A DNA stretch of 63,598 nt, filler included, from Vannella sp. (taxonomy: Eukaryota), in assembly GCA_023345925.1 (NCBI GenBank). It is 5 parts of 5 records of this genome, joined end to end, with 100 filler letters (N's around TTAATTAATTAA, not from the genome) between each part and the next. Parts side by side here need not be neighbours in the genome. Positions count along the whole stretch, not along the records: positions 12,500 to 20,153 come from JAJQQN010000134.1; positions 20,254 to 39,338 come from JAJQQN010000152.1; 3 more parts are not named here. One strand, written 5' to 3'. A program made the translations under genes and the position numbers. How positions within the stretch are numbered: the stretch's first letter is position 1; each line of letters opens with the position of its first letter. Positions 12,800 to 24,959 of the stretch are shown one piece after another. The notes under the pieces were generated by a model. It saw only the letters and a program-made list of their open reading frames with translations. It was not told the DNA's origin and searched no databases.

Positions 12800-14548
12800 A
12801 TGAGTAAGATCAACAAGAAAGGCATCAGTTTGATGAGTGCACGGTCGAAGAAGAGCGCGGTAGTCACCTCAACAGTCACCACCCACACCAACAACCCGCT
12901 CTTCCGCGCAGCCTCCGTCACGCAATCACTCCGTACAAGCTCTCCCATCAAGAAGAAGGTGGTCTACCCACCCCCCGAGTCCCCCATCAAGAAGAAGACG
13001 GCCGCCTTTGCAGCCCCCGGCTCTCCCGTCCCACGAGAGCCACAAGTGATGGCTGGCTCACCCATGAGACAACCACGATCACCGCTAGCACCCAAGCCTA
13101 TCAATACGATGTCTCCCTGCTCACCTTCAAGCCTGAGAAAGAAACCCTTCTCCCAAGCGGATGCCCCGCGGGACTCTGCTTTCCAACAGAGCCTGAACGA
13201 AGCACTTCGGATAGGCAAGAACACTCCACCCCGTCGTGGAGTAGCTCCTGCAACAAGACCTCGCCCATCAAGTTGCTACTCTCCTTCTTCGGCTTCTCCC
13301 CTCCGAGAAAGGCGCAATCGGGTCCTTCCTGAGGTTCCACCACGAAGGGTTCTCAATAAGACACCAATGAGGCTGCCACCTGCACCTGCTATGCCCTCAT
13401 CCCCCGTCCTTCCGCTTCCTGCATCCATTGCCCGGACTCCTTCTCGCCCTCAGAGCCATCCCAAGTCCACCAGCGCACTCGCAACGAACGGGAACACCAC
13501 CCTCGAAGAGCAGATCAGTCGCATCCAACGAAAGAGCACCCGCCAGATGGACTTGGCGTTGTTCCAAGCCATCCAACTCTTCTGCTGCTCCATGTTGCAC
13601 CACAGGTCCAGCAAGATCCTCGAATGCTTGCTCCACTTCAACACCAAACAACTACTACAGCACTTTGCCCTGAACTTGAGCCCTTCTCGAGCTCTAGTCG
13701 ACCGACGGAACGCGGCTGATGCTCTCAGCTCTCTGGTCCTTCTGGTCCCTTCTGCACTTGATATGGGGCTAGCTAAGCTGCATGTGTCGTTGCTGGAGCA
13801 TATGAGACTGCCAGAGACCCTTCCTATGCTGTTTGAGTGTGTAAAAGACTCTGATCTCGTTCTCCGGTCGTATGCGACTTCCATCTTAGCTGCCCTTCAT
13901 GTGGACCTCTCTTGCTACGTGCGGTGGACTGGAGAAGCCTCTGCCGAGCCCTCTAATGGCAACCCTCTCTCGAAGATCCTTTCGATGCTCTCTGAGAAGG
14001 CTCCTGAAACACGCGAGGCGGCGTTAACAGCCATCCTATGTATGGGAGCGCATGCTTCTGGCGCTGTGGGAGCGCTTGGCGAGTTCCTCTTGCGTGAGAA
14101 GAGCCCGCAACTTCGCATCTTAGCTTGCCGTGCTCTTCAGGAGATTGGCTCTCCTCACGCCCTTCAAGCTGTGCATTGCATCCAAGAGCTGGTCCGAAAG
14201 GACCGCGAAGAGTCCGTCAAAGTGATGGCCCAAGAAGTGTTGGATCACTTGGGCCGTTCCTTGAGCAACTCTTGTCCGCTCCCCTCGCGCTCTCAGGTTG
14301 GTGTTCAGATGGTTGATGACAATCCATCAGCTGTCACTGAGGCTCATGTACGCCAAGCTATCCAACACGCCACACAGCGAAGCCAATCAGCCACCGCAGC
14401 GGATCTGAAGGAATCCTTCCAGCTTTGCCACCCCGCCTTAGTTCAAGACAACCCCCGCTGGAAGGCACAACTCCGTGACACACTCCGAACCATGGTTCTT
14501 CGTGGTGCTATCACCAAACAGCCCGCCACCTTCTCTTTCCCTCAATAA
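12800..14548 (+). CDS. Protein with Pro/Ser-rich CDK-site N-terminus, HEAT/ARM repeats and C-terminal H15-like winged helix
   Basis: Many S/T-P-x-K/R sites. HEAT-like REAALTAILCMG...AVGALGEFLLREKSPQLRILACRALQEIG. C-terminus HVRQAIQ...LKESFQ...LRDTLRTMVLRGAITKQPATFSF. Intronless. Confidence 0.7.
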   Translation: MSKINKKGISLMSARSKKSAVVTSTVTTHTNNPLFRAASVTQSLRTSSPIKKKVVYPPPESPIKKKTAAFAAPGSPVPREPQVMAGSPMRQPRSPLAPKPINTMSPCSPSSLRKKPFSQADAPRDSAFQQSLNEALRIGKNTPPRRGVAPATRPRPSSCYSPSSASPLRERRNRVLPEVPPRRVLNKTPMRLPPAPAMPSSPVLPLPASIARTPSRPQSHPKSTSALATNGNTTLEEQISRIQRKSTRQMDLALFQAIQLFCCSMLHHRSSKILECLLHFNTKQLLQHFALNLSPSRALVDRRNAADALSSLVLLVPSALDMGLAKLHVSLLEHMRLPETLPMLFECVKDSDLVLRSYATSILAALHVDLSCYVRWTGEASAEPSNGNPLSKILSMLSEKAPETREAALTAILCMGAHASGAVGALGEFLLREKSPQLRILACRALQEIGSPHALQAVHCIQELVRKDREESVKVMAQEVLDHLGRSLSNSCPLPSRSQVGVQMVDDNPSAVTEAHVRQAIQHATQRSQSATAADLKESFQLCHPALVQDNPRWKAQLRDTLRTMVLRGAITKQPATFSFPQ

Positions 14549-14657
14549 CTCTGCAATCCCTCGACTTGCCTCGGCGGTTGCTCCCTTTCATCTCATTGGG
14601 GTGAATAAATTGTTTATGTATGAAACAGAGCCAATCTTGGCTCAAAGAACAAAAAAG

Positions 14658-14675
14658 GGCGGGAAAAATCATTTC
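14658..14675 (+). promoter_or_regulatory. E2F-like site plus Inr-like TCATTTC
   Basis: GGCGGGAAAAATCATTTC ending 6 nt before the TACC ATG at 14682. Confidence 0.6.
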
Positions 14676-14681
14676 CTCTCG

Positions 14682-15915
14682 ATGTCGCGATACGAAGATG
14701 CGCCTTTGCCTGCTATGCAGCCAAAGAAACAGATGACTGCGGATGAAGAGGAGGAGGAACGCATCAAGCAAGAGATCTGGTCGGAGGTGGAGCGGACTCG
14801 CCGTGAGAGACACGAAAGAGAGGAGAAAGAGCGCGCTGAGAGAGAGGCTCGCTTGAAGGCACGTAAGCCCCGTGCGCCTGGTTCTGCAAAGAAGTTTGTG
14901 GCAGTCGATGAATCAGAAGCTTCAGAGAAGCTCCTGGAACAGCGCCGAAAGCAGGAAGAGGATCGCAAGAAGTTTGCAAATCTCCGCGCCTCTCGCGCTG
15001 CCCAGGTCCAAAACGAGCCTGCAGAGATCGTTGTCGTGGCTTCTCCTCCACCTGCTCGTCGTAGTACCCCACAAAGGGCACCTGAGCCGGAGACACCCAC
15101 GGAATCAGAGGAAGAAGCAAGTCCGGTCCCCCAACGACAGGCTCCGCGTCCAGTTGCTGTCGCAGAGGAGATCTCTCAACCCAGAAGCTCTCTATCAAGG
15201 ACCTCGTCCACCCCTCGTGGCTCCCAGAGCGAGACAGCGGAAGCACTCGGTGCGGACACAACCAATTGGCAAGCGGCTTACGAACAGCTGAAGAAGCGCT
15301 TCGATGCCGAGCAAGAGGGAAAGAGACGTATGGAGCAAGTCCTCCTTCAGTATGAGAACACCATCAACTCTCTCATGAGTGCGTCCGCCCCATCCTCGCG
15401 AGTTTGACTAACTTTTTGTGCTTTGCCGTGCAGTGGAGCAAGAGGGAGCTGTCCAAGATAGCTCCAGAGAGGTCCAAGGCACACAGCAACGAGAGATTGA
15501 GCTTGAAGCAGAGCTGGAGCGCCTCAAAGCCGAGCTCGAGGCGGTCAGCGGCGACCATCAACTTCTCTCTGAACGCTTCAAACAGCTGAAGAGCCACTCT
15601 GATGGCTCTCAGCAAGCTGAAGCTAAGCTTCGCCAACAGATTCAGAGCCTCCAGGCTCAAGTAGCCTCCTTACAGACACAGAACAGCGCTCCAGTCACCA
15701 TTGGCGAGGACGAAGGACAGTCCCTCAAGTTGCAACGCTTCAGAGCCGCCTCTGCCAAGCAGATTGAAGTCTTGCAGCTCCGCTATGCAAAGGCCGAGTC
15801 ACGTATCGCTTCTTTGCAGACAGAACTGGAAGGGAAGACGCAAGAGAACGTCAAACTCACTCAAATCTCCGACACTCTCATCGCCATGCTCGAGTCCTCC
15901 AGTCTGGACGCTTAA
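14682..15915 (+). CDS. TACC-domain coiled-coil protein (spindle/centrosome)
   Basis: MEQVLLQYENTINSLM and terminal KAESRIASLQTELEGKTQENVKLTQISDTLIAML match the TACC C-terminal pattern. Intron 15379-15433 joins the two ORFs in frame. Confidence 0.8.
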
Positions 15916-15988
15916 AGAGGACGTAAAGGTCGGTTTGTTGAATGGAAAGAAGTGTTTACTGGTCCTCGGACCATCATCGATCACAGAA

Positions 15989-18900
15989 TCAGACGGCAAA
16001 GGCGTCGTCAAGGAACTGCTGCAACTCCTTGTTGTGTCGTTGCTTCAAGCCGGTAGCGGGAGCAGCTGAAGGCAGGCGGCCGACGTAGTGCTAGTGGGGA
16101 ATGAGCAATGGGACAAAGGAGAGGATGGGAGACTTACAGGGCGCTTGTCACTTCCAGTGGCAGTCTCCAGACGAGGGGCGACATAGTTCCAGTAGCCCTG
16201 GTTCATGGGCTCCTCTTGAACGAACAGAACCTTGGCATTGGAGTACTTGGCAGCTTGCTCGCGAACAAGATCATAAGGGAATGGCGCGATCTGTTCAATA
16301 CGAACCACAGCCACGTCCTAACCATCCCATTAGTCCATTTGAACCCTCTTCCTTCCATGCCCCTTACATCCACGCCTTGGTTGGTCTCACGGAGCTTCTC
16401 TCGCTCCTGAACAAGGTCGTAGTAAACCTTACCAGAGCAGAAGAGGAGTTTGCGGACTTGAGAAGGCTCCACGAGCTTGTCAGAGTTGTCCACGATCAAA
16501 CGGTGGAAGCGGCTCTCCTCAGAGAAGTCAGCCATGTCAGACACACAGCGAGGGTCAGACAGCATTGACTTGGGTGTCATCACAATAAGAGGCTTGCGGT
16601 AGTTACGGTGCATCTGGCGGCGCACTAAGTGGAACATGTTCGCGGGTGTGGTGGGATTGGCCACTTGCAAGTTGATGTTCTGAGCAGCGCGCTCGACATC
16701 CTCTTGGAACTGAGTGGGATTGTCATCGCACAACTGCAAGAAGCGTTCAACACGTCCTGAGGAGTGCTCAGGACCTTGGCCCTCAAAGCCGTGAGGCAGG
16801 AACATGGTCAAGCCGGACATGCGCAGCCACTTCTGCTCTCCAGAGGAGATGAACTGGTCAATGATAACCTGCGCGCCGTTGACAAAGTCACCGAACTGAG
16901 CTTCCCACACTACAAGGGCGTTGGGGTTCTCCAGGGAGTAGCCGTGTTCAAAGCCAAGCACGGCATTCTCAGAGAGGTTGCTGTTGATGACATTGAAGTA
17001 GCCCTGCTGCCCAGGGGCCGCCAAGTGAGTGAGACTCTCGTGAGTCTGTTCTGTGTCCTGGCAGTAGAGTACAGCATGGCGATGGTTGAAAGTACCGCGC
17101 TCACAGTCTTGCCCACTGAGACGGACCTCGTGGTTCTCCAGCAAGAGAGTACCAAAAGCTAGCGCCTCTCCCATAGCCCAGTTGTAACTCTTCTCCGTCT
17201 CAATCATCTTGCGGAAGGCAGTGAACCGGAATCTCTCCAAAGTAGGATGCAGTTTGAAGCCTTCAGGAAGCTCCACAAGCTTCTGCATGATGCGGCGGAT
17301 CTTCTCCTTGTCCACGCCCGTGTTAAAGATCTTCCCCTCAGACTGAGAAGAAGCGAATCCCTTCCAATGACACTCCAGCCAGTCACTGTTCAGGCTAGTC
17401 CAGTCATCCCGCTTTGCGAACCCAGCGTCCAATCGGTCACGCACAGCATCCTTCGTCACCTTCGCGCTATCCTCAGTGAGGACGCCATCGTTCACCAGCT
17501 TCTGGGTGAAGATCTTGACGATGCTGGGATGCTTCTTGATGGCTTGGTACATCTTGGGTTGTGTGAAAGAGGGCTCATCGAGCTCGTTGTGGCCATGGCG
17601 ACGGTAGCAGTAGATGTCAATGACGGTGTCGCGGTTGAACTTTTGGCGGAACTCTACCGCCAGCTTGAAGACAGCGACAACAGCCTCTGGGTTGTCTCCA
17701 TTCACATGGAAGATGGGAGTTCCTGCGGCCTTGGCGATCTCCGAGGGATAAGGAGACGTGCGCGCATAGCGAGGGACAGTTGTGAAGCCAATCTGGTTGT
17801 TCACAATCACGTGGATCGTTCCTCCAGTGGTAAAGTCCTCCAACCCGCTCAGTTCGATGATCTCCCCGACAATGCCCTGGCCTGCAAAGGCAGCGTCACC
17901 GTGGATGAGCACGCCCATGGCCTTGTTGAAGTCCACGCTGCCATCCTTTGTGGTCTGCTTAGCGCGAGTCTTTCCCAGAACAACTGGGTTGACGGCCTCC
18001 AAGTGAGAGGGATTAGCAGCGAGGGACAAGTGGATCTAGAGAGAGAGAGGAGTGAGTGAGAGCACAAGAGGAAGAGAAGAGGGCCTCGTACAGTCTTATC
18101 TCCAACCTTGATGTCGTTGGAAGTCCCCAAGTGGTATTTGACATCTCCAGAACCAAGTACAGAGTCAGAGAGGGCCTTTCCTTGTGGTGTATCAATCTGG
18201 AACTCGCTGAAGAGCTGCTCGAGGGGCTTGCCCATGATGTTCGCCATCAGATTGAGGCGACCACGATGGGGCATGCCAATCACAACGTTTTGGACGCCGT
18301 CTTGGCACGCGCTCTCCACTAAAGCGTGCATTCCGGGGATGAGGGACTCTCCACCGTCCAATCCAAAGCGCTTGGCCTTGAACTTGACTCCGCAGTACGT
18401 CTCAAAGGACTCTGCCTCCACAGTTTGCTTGTAGATACGCTTCTTCTCCTCCGTAGTAAGCTTCATGGACTCAGGATGCTCGATACGCTCCTGCACCCAA
18501 CTCTTGACGGCTGGATCGTGCACGTGCATGTACTGTACTCCAATCTGGTTGCAATACACGTCACGCAACAGATTGATGGTCTCGCGCAAGGTGCGGATAG
18601 GTCCAGGGCCAGGAAGATCGGTTCCCACAAAGAACTTGCGATCCATGTCCGCCTCGGAGAAGCCATAAGTAGCTGGGTCCAGCTCGCGCTTGTATTCCTT
18701 TCCCCTCTTCAGTGACCTATGCAATCAAGCATGCTGGGCGTACCTCCTTCACCTTGTTACAGGAGTTCAGGCCCAAGTGAAGAGGATCCAAATCAGCCAG
18801 GAAGTGGCCGAGGACGCGATACGCGCGAATCAGCTTGAACACTGTTATCCCCTGTTAGCTTCTTGTTTGTTGGGAGCTAATGATGGCGCAGAGCTCGCTC

Positions 18901-19454
18901 CTGCTTCTTCAAACGCACCTTTGAAGCTCTCGCCAACGTCGAACTCGGCAGCGGGATTCGCGCTACCTGATCCTACGGCATACTAGAGCAGGGGAGCCTT
19001 GTTAGTGATCGTTTGTGGGGGAGGGAGTTACCGTTACCTTGGAGGTCCGAGGAGGAAGTTGGAAAGCTTGTCCAGGCTGTTTACCTGCATCCACGCTTCG
19101 GAAGAACTCATTCCAAGTCTCATCCACGCTCAGAGGGTCTTCTCTCCACTGTTGGTGCATGGTTTCCACCACATCGCTGCACAACCACCCTGTAAGTCAC
19201 CACCAACACTAAACCCAGACACCTTACGCATTGCTACCACTCAAGAACGACTCAGCAAACACCTGAGTAGCGAAAGGACGCCTTTCCTGCAGAACGTGGC
19301 TGATGAGCGGTCGGGCTATCAGCGGCCGATAGACGGTCCTAACCATTCCCTTGTTAGCTCCAGAACCACCACAGAAGCTCTAACACGACGCTTCTACTCT
19401 AACATACGCAGAACAAGCCAGCCGGGACCCTTGAGCAGCGAAGGCGCGGAACAT
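15989..19454 (-). CDS. OGDH: 2-oxoglutarate dehydrogenase E1, mitochondrial
   Basis: MFRAFAAQGSR presequence-like start, KRFGLDGGESLIPG, GMPHRGRLN, GSGDVKYHLG, NPSHLEAVNPVV, HGDAAFAGQG, RLSGQDCERGTFNHRH, GQGPEHSSGR, PSAAPATG; multi-exon. Confidence 0.97.
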
Positions 19455-19832
19455 CGCCAAGAGCCCAAAAAGTGAAGGGAAACCGCCTGAAAGCCTCAAA
19501 TCCAATGGGAGGGTCATTTGATGGTGGAAGGCCTTTGGGGAGAGGGGACGAGTGATGGACCGTTGCCTCGGCTGGTCCTCGTTTTAGTGGCTTTGGCGGT
19601 GCTGGAGATGGCTGTGGTGATGGCAAGTGACAGTTGGAAAGCTCTAAGGCGTGGTACGATGCTGGTTGGTGGTGCTTTGGCGGGGCTGGTGGCTTTGGGA
19701 GTCTTCATTGAGGTTGAATGCGATTGAGGGAGCCCACAACCGCCCTCTCCCTGTACACTACACTTCTGTTACTCGTTCTCTTTATCAGGGGAGCTTCAGG
19801 CCCTGTGAGGGTCGGAAGGCATCGAGGGAAGC

Positions 19833-20153
19833 TTAGTCTGACTTGAGAGGTTGAGTGACGAAGCGGGTTCCGTTGCTGTCGGTGATGAAGATCACCACAG
19901 AGTCACCTGTGTAGATGTCACGCTCTGTAGCAGCAGCGAAGCAGTCTTTCACCAACTCCACAGCCTGATCAGAGGTGTAATCACGGCCCATCGCGCCGGG
20001 GCGACGTTGATTCTTCCAGCCCAGCTGCATTGCGTGAGCAGATGAGTGTGAAATAGGTAGGTACACTCACTTGGTTGTCGAGAAGGGGCTGGATCAGGCT
20101 GTTGCCCGTCCCAGAAGAGGTGTACTTGACGTGCTCAAAGCTGCCGACGGAAT
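19833..20153 (-). CDS. PSMB1: Proteasome beta subunit (beta6/PSMB1), 3' part only
   Basis: SVGSFEHVKYTSSGTGNSLIQPLLDNQ / VKDCFAAATERDIYTGDSV...PLKSD; truncated by spacer. Confidence 0.9.
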
Positions 20154-20253
20154 NNNNNNNNNNNNNNNNNNNNNNNNNNNNNNNNNNNNNNNNNNNNTTA
20201 ATTAATTAANNNNNNNNNNNNNNNNNNNNNNNNNNNNNNNNNNNNNNNNNNNN
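20154..20253. other. Artificial contig spacer
   Basis: 44 N + TTAATTAATTAA + 44 N. Confidence 0.99.
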
Positions 20254-20915
20254 AACGCATTCGGAAGATTCATTCTCTTTTGCATTTTACCGGCTGCATG
20301 AACTGGCGATTGCCCTGCTCAGTTCCAGCCGATAGCCAAAGGAGCTCCACAGGCACTTTCGCCAGGTTTTAAGAGAGTCAGAGTCACGCTGCTTACGAAA
20401 TACATCTCCCCGTTGTGTAAAACAGGGGTTCGTCTAGCTCTGGTAACCTTTCGCCTCCACTTCTCCGTTTTCGAGCTGATCAAGCGCATACTATCTAATG
20501 TGACTCACGTTTTCGAGAATCGATCCAAATAAGGCCCCCTTTAAAGCAAAACAGCCTGGTCAGCCCTTCCCCAAAGTCGCTTCAAAGTCCTCTTTTTCAA
20601 TCGCTGAGAACTAATGAAACACCTAAGATGATAGATCTTTGATTTGAGCGGTGTTGAAGCGTCTTGCCCTCTTCCATTCGCTTGGCTGACTGGCCAAGCG
20701 GACTGCCAGAACCTCATGACAGATTCCTGCCAAGGAGTTGAGCCCTGTGCTTTAGTGTGAAGGCATATCTTTGACATTTTACGTTCAATCTGGTGTTTGG
20801 CGAGGGAAAGCAAGCTTAGATCGAAGAGTAAGAATCGGGAATCTTCTTTTGGGCTGATTTCATTTTTGGGTTGTTCCTTTCCATCCATCGGTCAGCGAAG
20901 AGAGTTTATGGGCCT

Positions 20916-23900
20916 TCAAAGCAGCCCTGTGCGGGAGTGGGACCTTTCGAATTGATGGAGGCGAGCTGCAGTTGTCTCCCTTGACATTGTGACCATCGAG
21001 GACAGGTTACTCAGAATAGACTCCATAGATCCAGGGGAAGAAAGTAGATCAACTTCTTCCTCCAGAGGATCAGCCCCTTCCTCTTTCTCCTTCTCTTCCT
21101 CGTCTTCCTCCTTTCCCTCGCTTCCATCTTCCGCCATTTCATGTTCAACATCCAAACTAAAGGACACTTTCGCTGTGCAGGCTACTGATGTATCGCCGGT
21201 GTGGACTTGGGAGGGCAGAATGCGATGATGTCCCAAGTCTGCTTTGTGGGACCTTCGCTCAGCTCTGGGTACAGCAGCGTGGAATTGGCGTTGAAGGAGC
21301 CAGTCGTTAGGAGTAATATCTCCTCGGAGGTTCTCTGAGCGAGAGGAGATGAGAATACTCACTCTTTTGTCCAGAGACTTTCGGTAAACGGATCGCTTTG
21401 ACCTTCTCGACACTTTCCAAGAAGGGTCCCACACTTCCAGGACCGTCCTCAATTCGGTCTCTCTACGAATAAAAGCGCTCATTACCAACCCCGTGATGGG
21501 AACCACATTGAGGTTCCCCTTTCCAGCGACGGGTTCCTCTTCGAGGCGTTTGATAGTCTCTAAGTACTCAATATCTTGGAGCAGTCCAACCATCCATACA
21601 CCCCACAGTTCTTGATGTTCTGGTTCATCTTTTTGGTCTTTGAGGTCTCTTTCGTGCTCGTTGAGCATGTCCCGGGCAGCTTCTACTGAAAAGTCTTTCA
21701 AAGAGAGATTGAGTTTCTCGCAGAGAGCCGCTTTGGCGTTATCAAGGAAGAGATTGATTTTGGGATAGACATCTTCCTTCACGTTATCGAGGAGCTGCTG
21801 GACATTGTGAATGTCATTGGAGCGGTCGAGAATTTCTTGGATGATCTTCAGATTGGTTCGGATTGTCTCTAAACTGTTTGGCGGAGTATCAATATAGTCA
21901 TAAGGGACGGCTTCAAAGTCGAAATGCAGCCCAGTGAGGAAGCGCTGCACTCGCTGCTGGATAACTGAAAGCCACCAAGAAGTGATTTCTTGCTTTTTCG
22001 TCCCATTGACGACAAGAACGCTTTGGTTATCGAGAAAGGCGAGCGTTTGTCTGCAAAATGCAGATAAACGGTCTAATCTTTCGCGGACAAGAGTTTCCAT
22101 GGAGAAAGAGTGGAGAACCTCCAAGTGCTCTTGCTGAGTAGGTTGGAACAATGGCATCGCCGCATTCTCGAGACGTTCAATGCACTCCCGAGAGCGCTGG
22201 GTTACTTGCTGAAGGAATTCTGAAGGCAGCTCATCTTGGAGTTGCTGTAAGAGACTCAAAAGACCTTGGACTTGGTCTTTTTCGGCCACTTCCACGTCAA
22301 AGACAATAACTCGCTCTAAGAGGTCCATATCCAAGGAGCGCTCTTGCAGTAGATTGTTCATTGCCTCCTTGAGGTAAAGGACCAGTCGAGAGTACAACGA
22401 AACCGCTGGATTATCAATCAATCGGTCCACGCTGCTGGCGTGACCAAAATTGAGTTCCCAAGAAGAAGGAAAAGGCATGCAGAGGTATAATGGGACTTGG
22501 ATAGTCTCCAGCTCGTCTGGCTTTGTATAAACAGAGACCAATTGCTTCTCTTGATCATATTGCCCGCTGTACCTCAAAAAGAGATAATCCGCACTTGTCT
22601 CTGGATTGGTGCCCGTTTGATTCTCTCTGGAGATAGTGTGAGCTGGCAGAAGGTCTGCAAAGATGTCGCGAAGTGTCTCCTTTGGGCGAGTGACTGCTAC
22701 AATAAGAAAATCACCAGGAACGACCCGTTTTTCCCAGTGCGAAGGAAGTTGGTTGACAGCTTCGGCAAATTGGAGGAAAGAATCGATACGGGTCAGTTTG
22801 TCAGCGTCTGAGAGCTCTTGAGAAGCTAGAATGTCTTGAATAGCACTCTTCGAGTGAGTGAAAGAGACAGATGCTGTAAACGTGATAGACGAAGAGTCAA
22901 TTGCAGTTGGAGACTTCCCAATGAGCCAAGCTTCTGACCCTAAGACTCTCTGAGCAATTTGCATCGTTTGGGTGATTCGAGAAAAAGATTCAATGAGAGA
23001 AGGCTTGCATTTGAGGCCAACAATTGAGTTCTCTGGATCGTGGAGATGGCAAAGCAAATAGAGGCGAAGTGACTTGGCCATAATCAAATAGATACTGGCT
23101 GCAGAGTTATTCTCTTGCGACTCGTACTTCTCCATCAAAGTACAAAGATGATCCAATTGGTTACTAGAGAGGACAGACGCGGTTTCCAGCATGCGCATTC
23201 GAAAGAGAGCGGCCCAGTGGATATCGTCCTTTGTTTCTGGTTTCACGTTGGCAAGTTGTAAGGCCAACTTTAGGAACTCCTGCACAGTAGAAAGCTCTAA
23301 CTTCTTTGCTTTCGCATGGGCCACAAGTCGTACATTCTCAATGGAGCGGAACAGCCCAGCAGCGGATCTATCAGTGATAAGTGATTCTGCCTTGGCCTTT
23401 GCCCCGTCGGACTCTTGACGATCTAGTTTGTGAGCCGTGTTCCCGCGGGAGCTTTTGACTCGTTTTGCAAGCTTCTTTGGGTCAATGGACCACTTTGGGG
23501 ATTGGATATTCACTGTGCGATCTTTTGTCTGGGAAATAGCTGGGGAAGCTGACTGGGGTGCATGGCCAGAGGTGTTACTCATTTGAGAAACCAGTTCAGT
23601 TAAGCCCTTTGCGTCTGCGATGGAGAGAGGACTTCGTCCGTCCATGTCGACAGAATGAGGATCTGCTTTGAAGTTCAAGAGAAGCTGGGCCACTTCCGTA
23701 TGCCTTTCTAAAACAGCCAACATTAAAGGGGTTTCCTTCTTTCTACATAACGCTACGTTAGCAGGAACTAGACGAAAGTCACTTGCAGGTATCTTACATC
23801 GTGAGTGGATCCACTGGTGTTCTCTGGGATCTCATCAGATACTCTACTGCAAGTAGATTTCCTCTTTTTGATGCAAGGTGAAGCGGTGAGGCTCCTGTAC

Positions 23901-24407
23901 TGACGTCAACAGAGGGTCTTTGGGTCTCATTGGCGCCAAGTTGCTCCAAAAGCGCTTGGTAGACAGGAACTTGCGCCACAGAGAGCTTCTGAATGGGGTG
24001 CTCGATGAGATTGAAGAAGATAGACATCCCTTGGCTGCACTGCAAGTCCATATTGAGCGAAGGGGAAGCCAGAAAGACCTGAACAATGTCCCATTTGCCC
24101 ATCATGATCGCGTAGTTCAACGGAGTGTGTCCCTTTCGATCCTACACACACAAGAGATCGTTAGTTGTGTGTCTGGTTGCGACAGAGAGGTTGATACCCG
24201 CGCGTTCACATCAACTTGGAACATGAGGAGGAGCTCGACCAAAGGAGCGGTCACCTGAGGCGTCTGGCATGCATAATGAAGAAGATTCACTTGCGCCCAG
24301 TTCAATTGCTGGCTTGCTTCGCTGGGAGACGCACTCAGCAACTCCCGCAAGCCCTCCAAGTCGTTCGCCGCCACCATCGCAGTCAAGCGCTGTGCTCGCT
24401 CGTCCAT
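20916..24407 (-). CDS. Large N-terminal ankyrin-repeat protein with uncharacterised helical C-terminal region
   Basis: NLLHYACQ, TGASPLHLASKRGNLLAVEYL, ETPLMLAV, DMDGRSPLSIA; two introns near 24190 and 23790, then an exon of about 935 codons. Confidence 0.8.
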
Positions 24408-24959
24408 CCCCTTGGCCCTCCAAACAATGCCAAGCCTTCATCCAATCGATTCTTCTGATTGCACGACGACTGAACGACCAGATTCGCCTGAACCTGTCAG
24501 AGATCGAGTTCATTCAGGCCCACTCATTTAAAATATCCTGAAATCTTAAAAGAAGTTCATTGTTTTGATTCCAATCGATTTTGAGCTCATTTCTTGCAGA
24601 AAAGCGCTTCCCGGGCATGGTTCCAAGTCACTCTGGATTGAGTTCATACTTGGTGCTTGGTGTGTGGTATCCATGAGAGAAGCACAATAGCAGAGGCTTT
24701 GGCGGGTCGAAAGGAGCGAAGGGATCTGACAAATTCTCATTTCTGGCCCCTTCCTTCCTTCCTCCCTCCCTGGAAGAGCACACGTTGATAGAAAAATGCG
24801 CCATTTGTAAACCATTCTTGCAAGGATAGTCGCGCTTGAGCTTCGTTGAGGAGCTCTGAGGAAGGTGCAAAGGTCAAGGGGGTTCAGTGACTGTTGAGGT
24901 CCCGACCTGAGAATCTTCCTCCTTTGAGCAGCCGGCCACATTTGGTGCTTGTCTTAGCT

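Noticed and set aside
16764..18715. Long plus-strand ORFs (e.g. 17247..18059, 270 aa)
   Set aside because: Antisense shadows of the strongly codon-biased OGDH gene; no recognisable motifs.
19488..19830. Small ORFs between OGDH and PSMB1
   Set aside because: Short, low complexity and without motifs; cannot be supported as genes.
20254..20888. Possible spliced gene starting MDGKEQPK
   Set aside because: Splice-like signals exist, but I could not build a convincing product and the contig ends.
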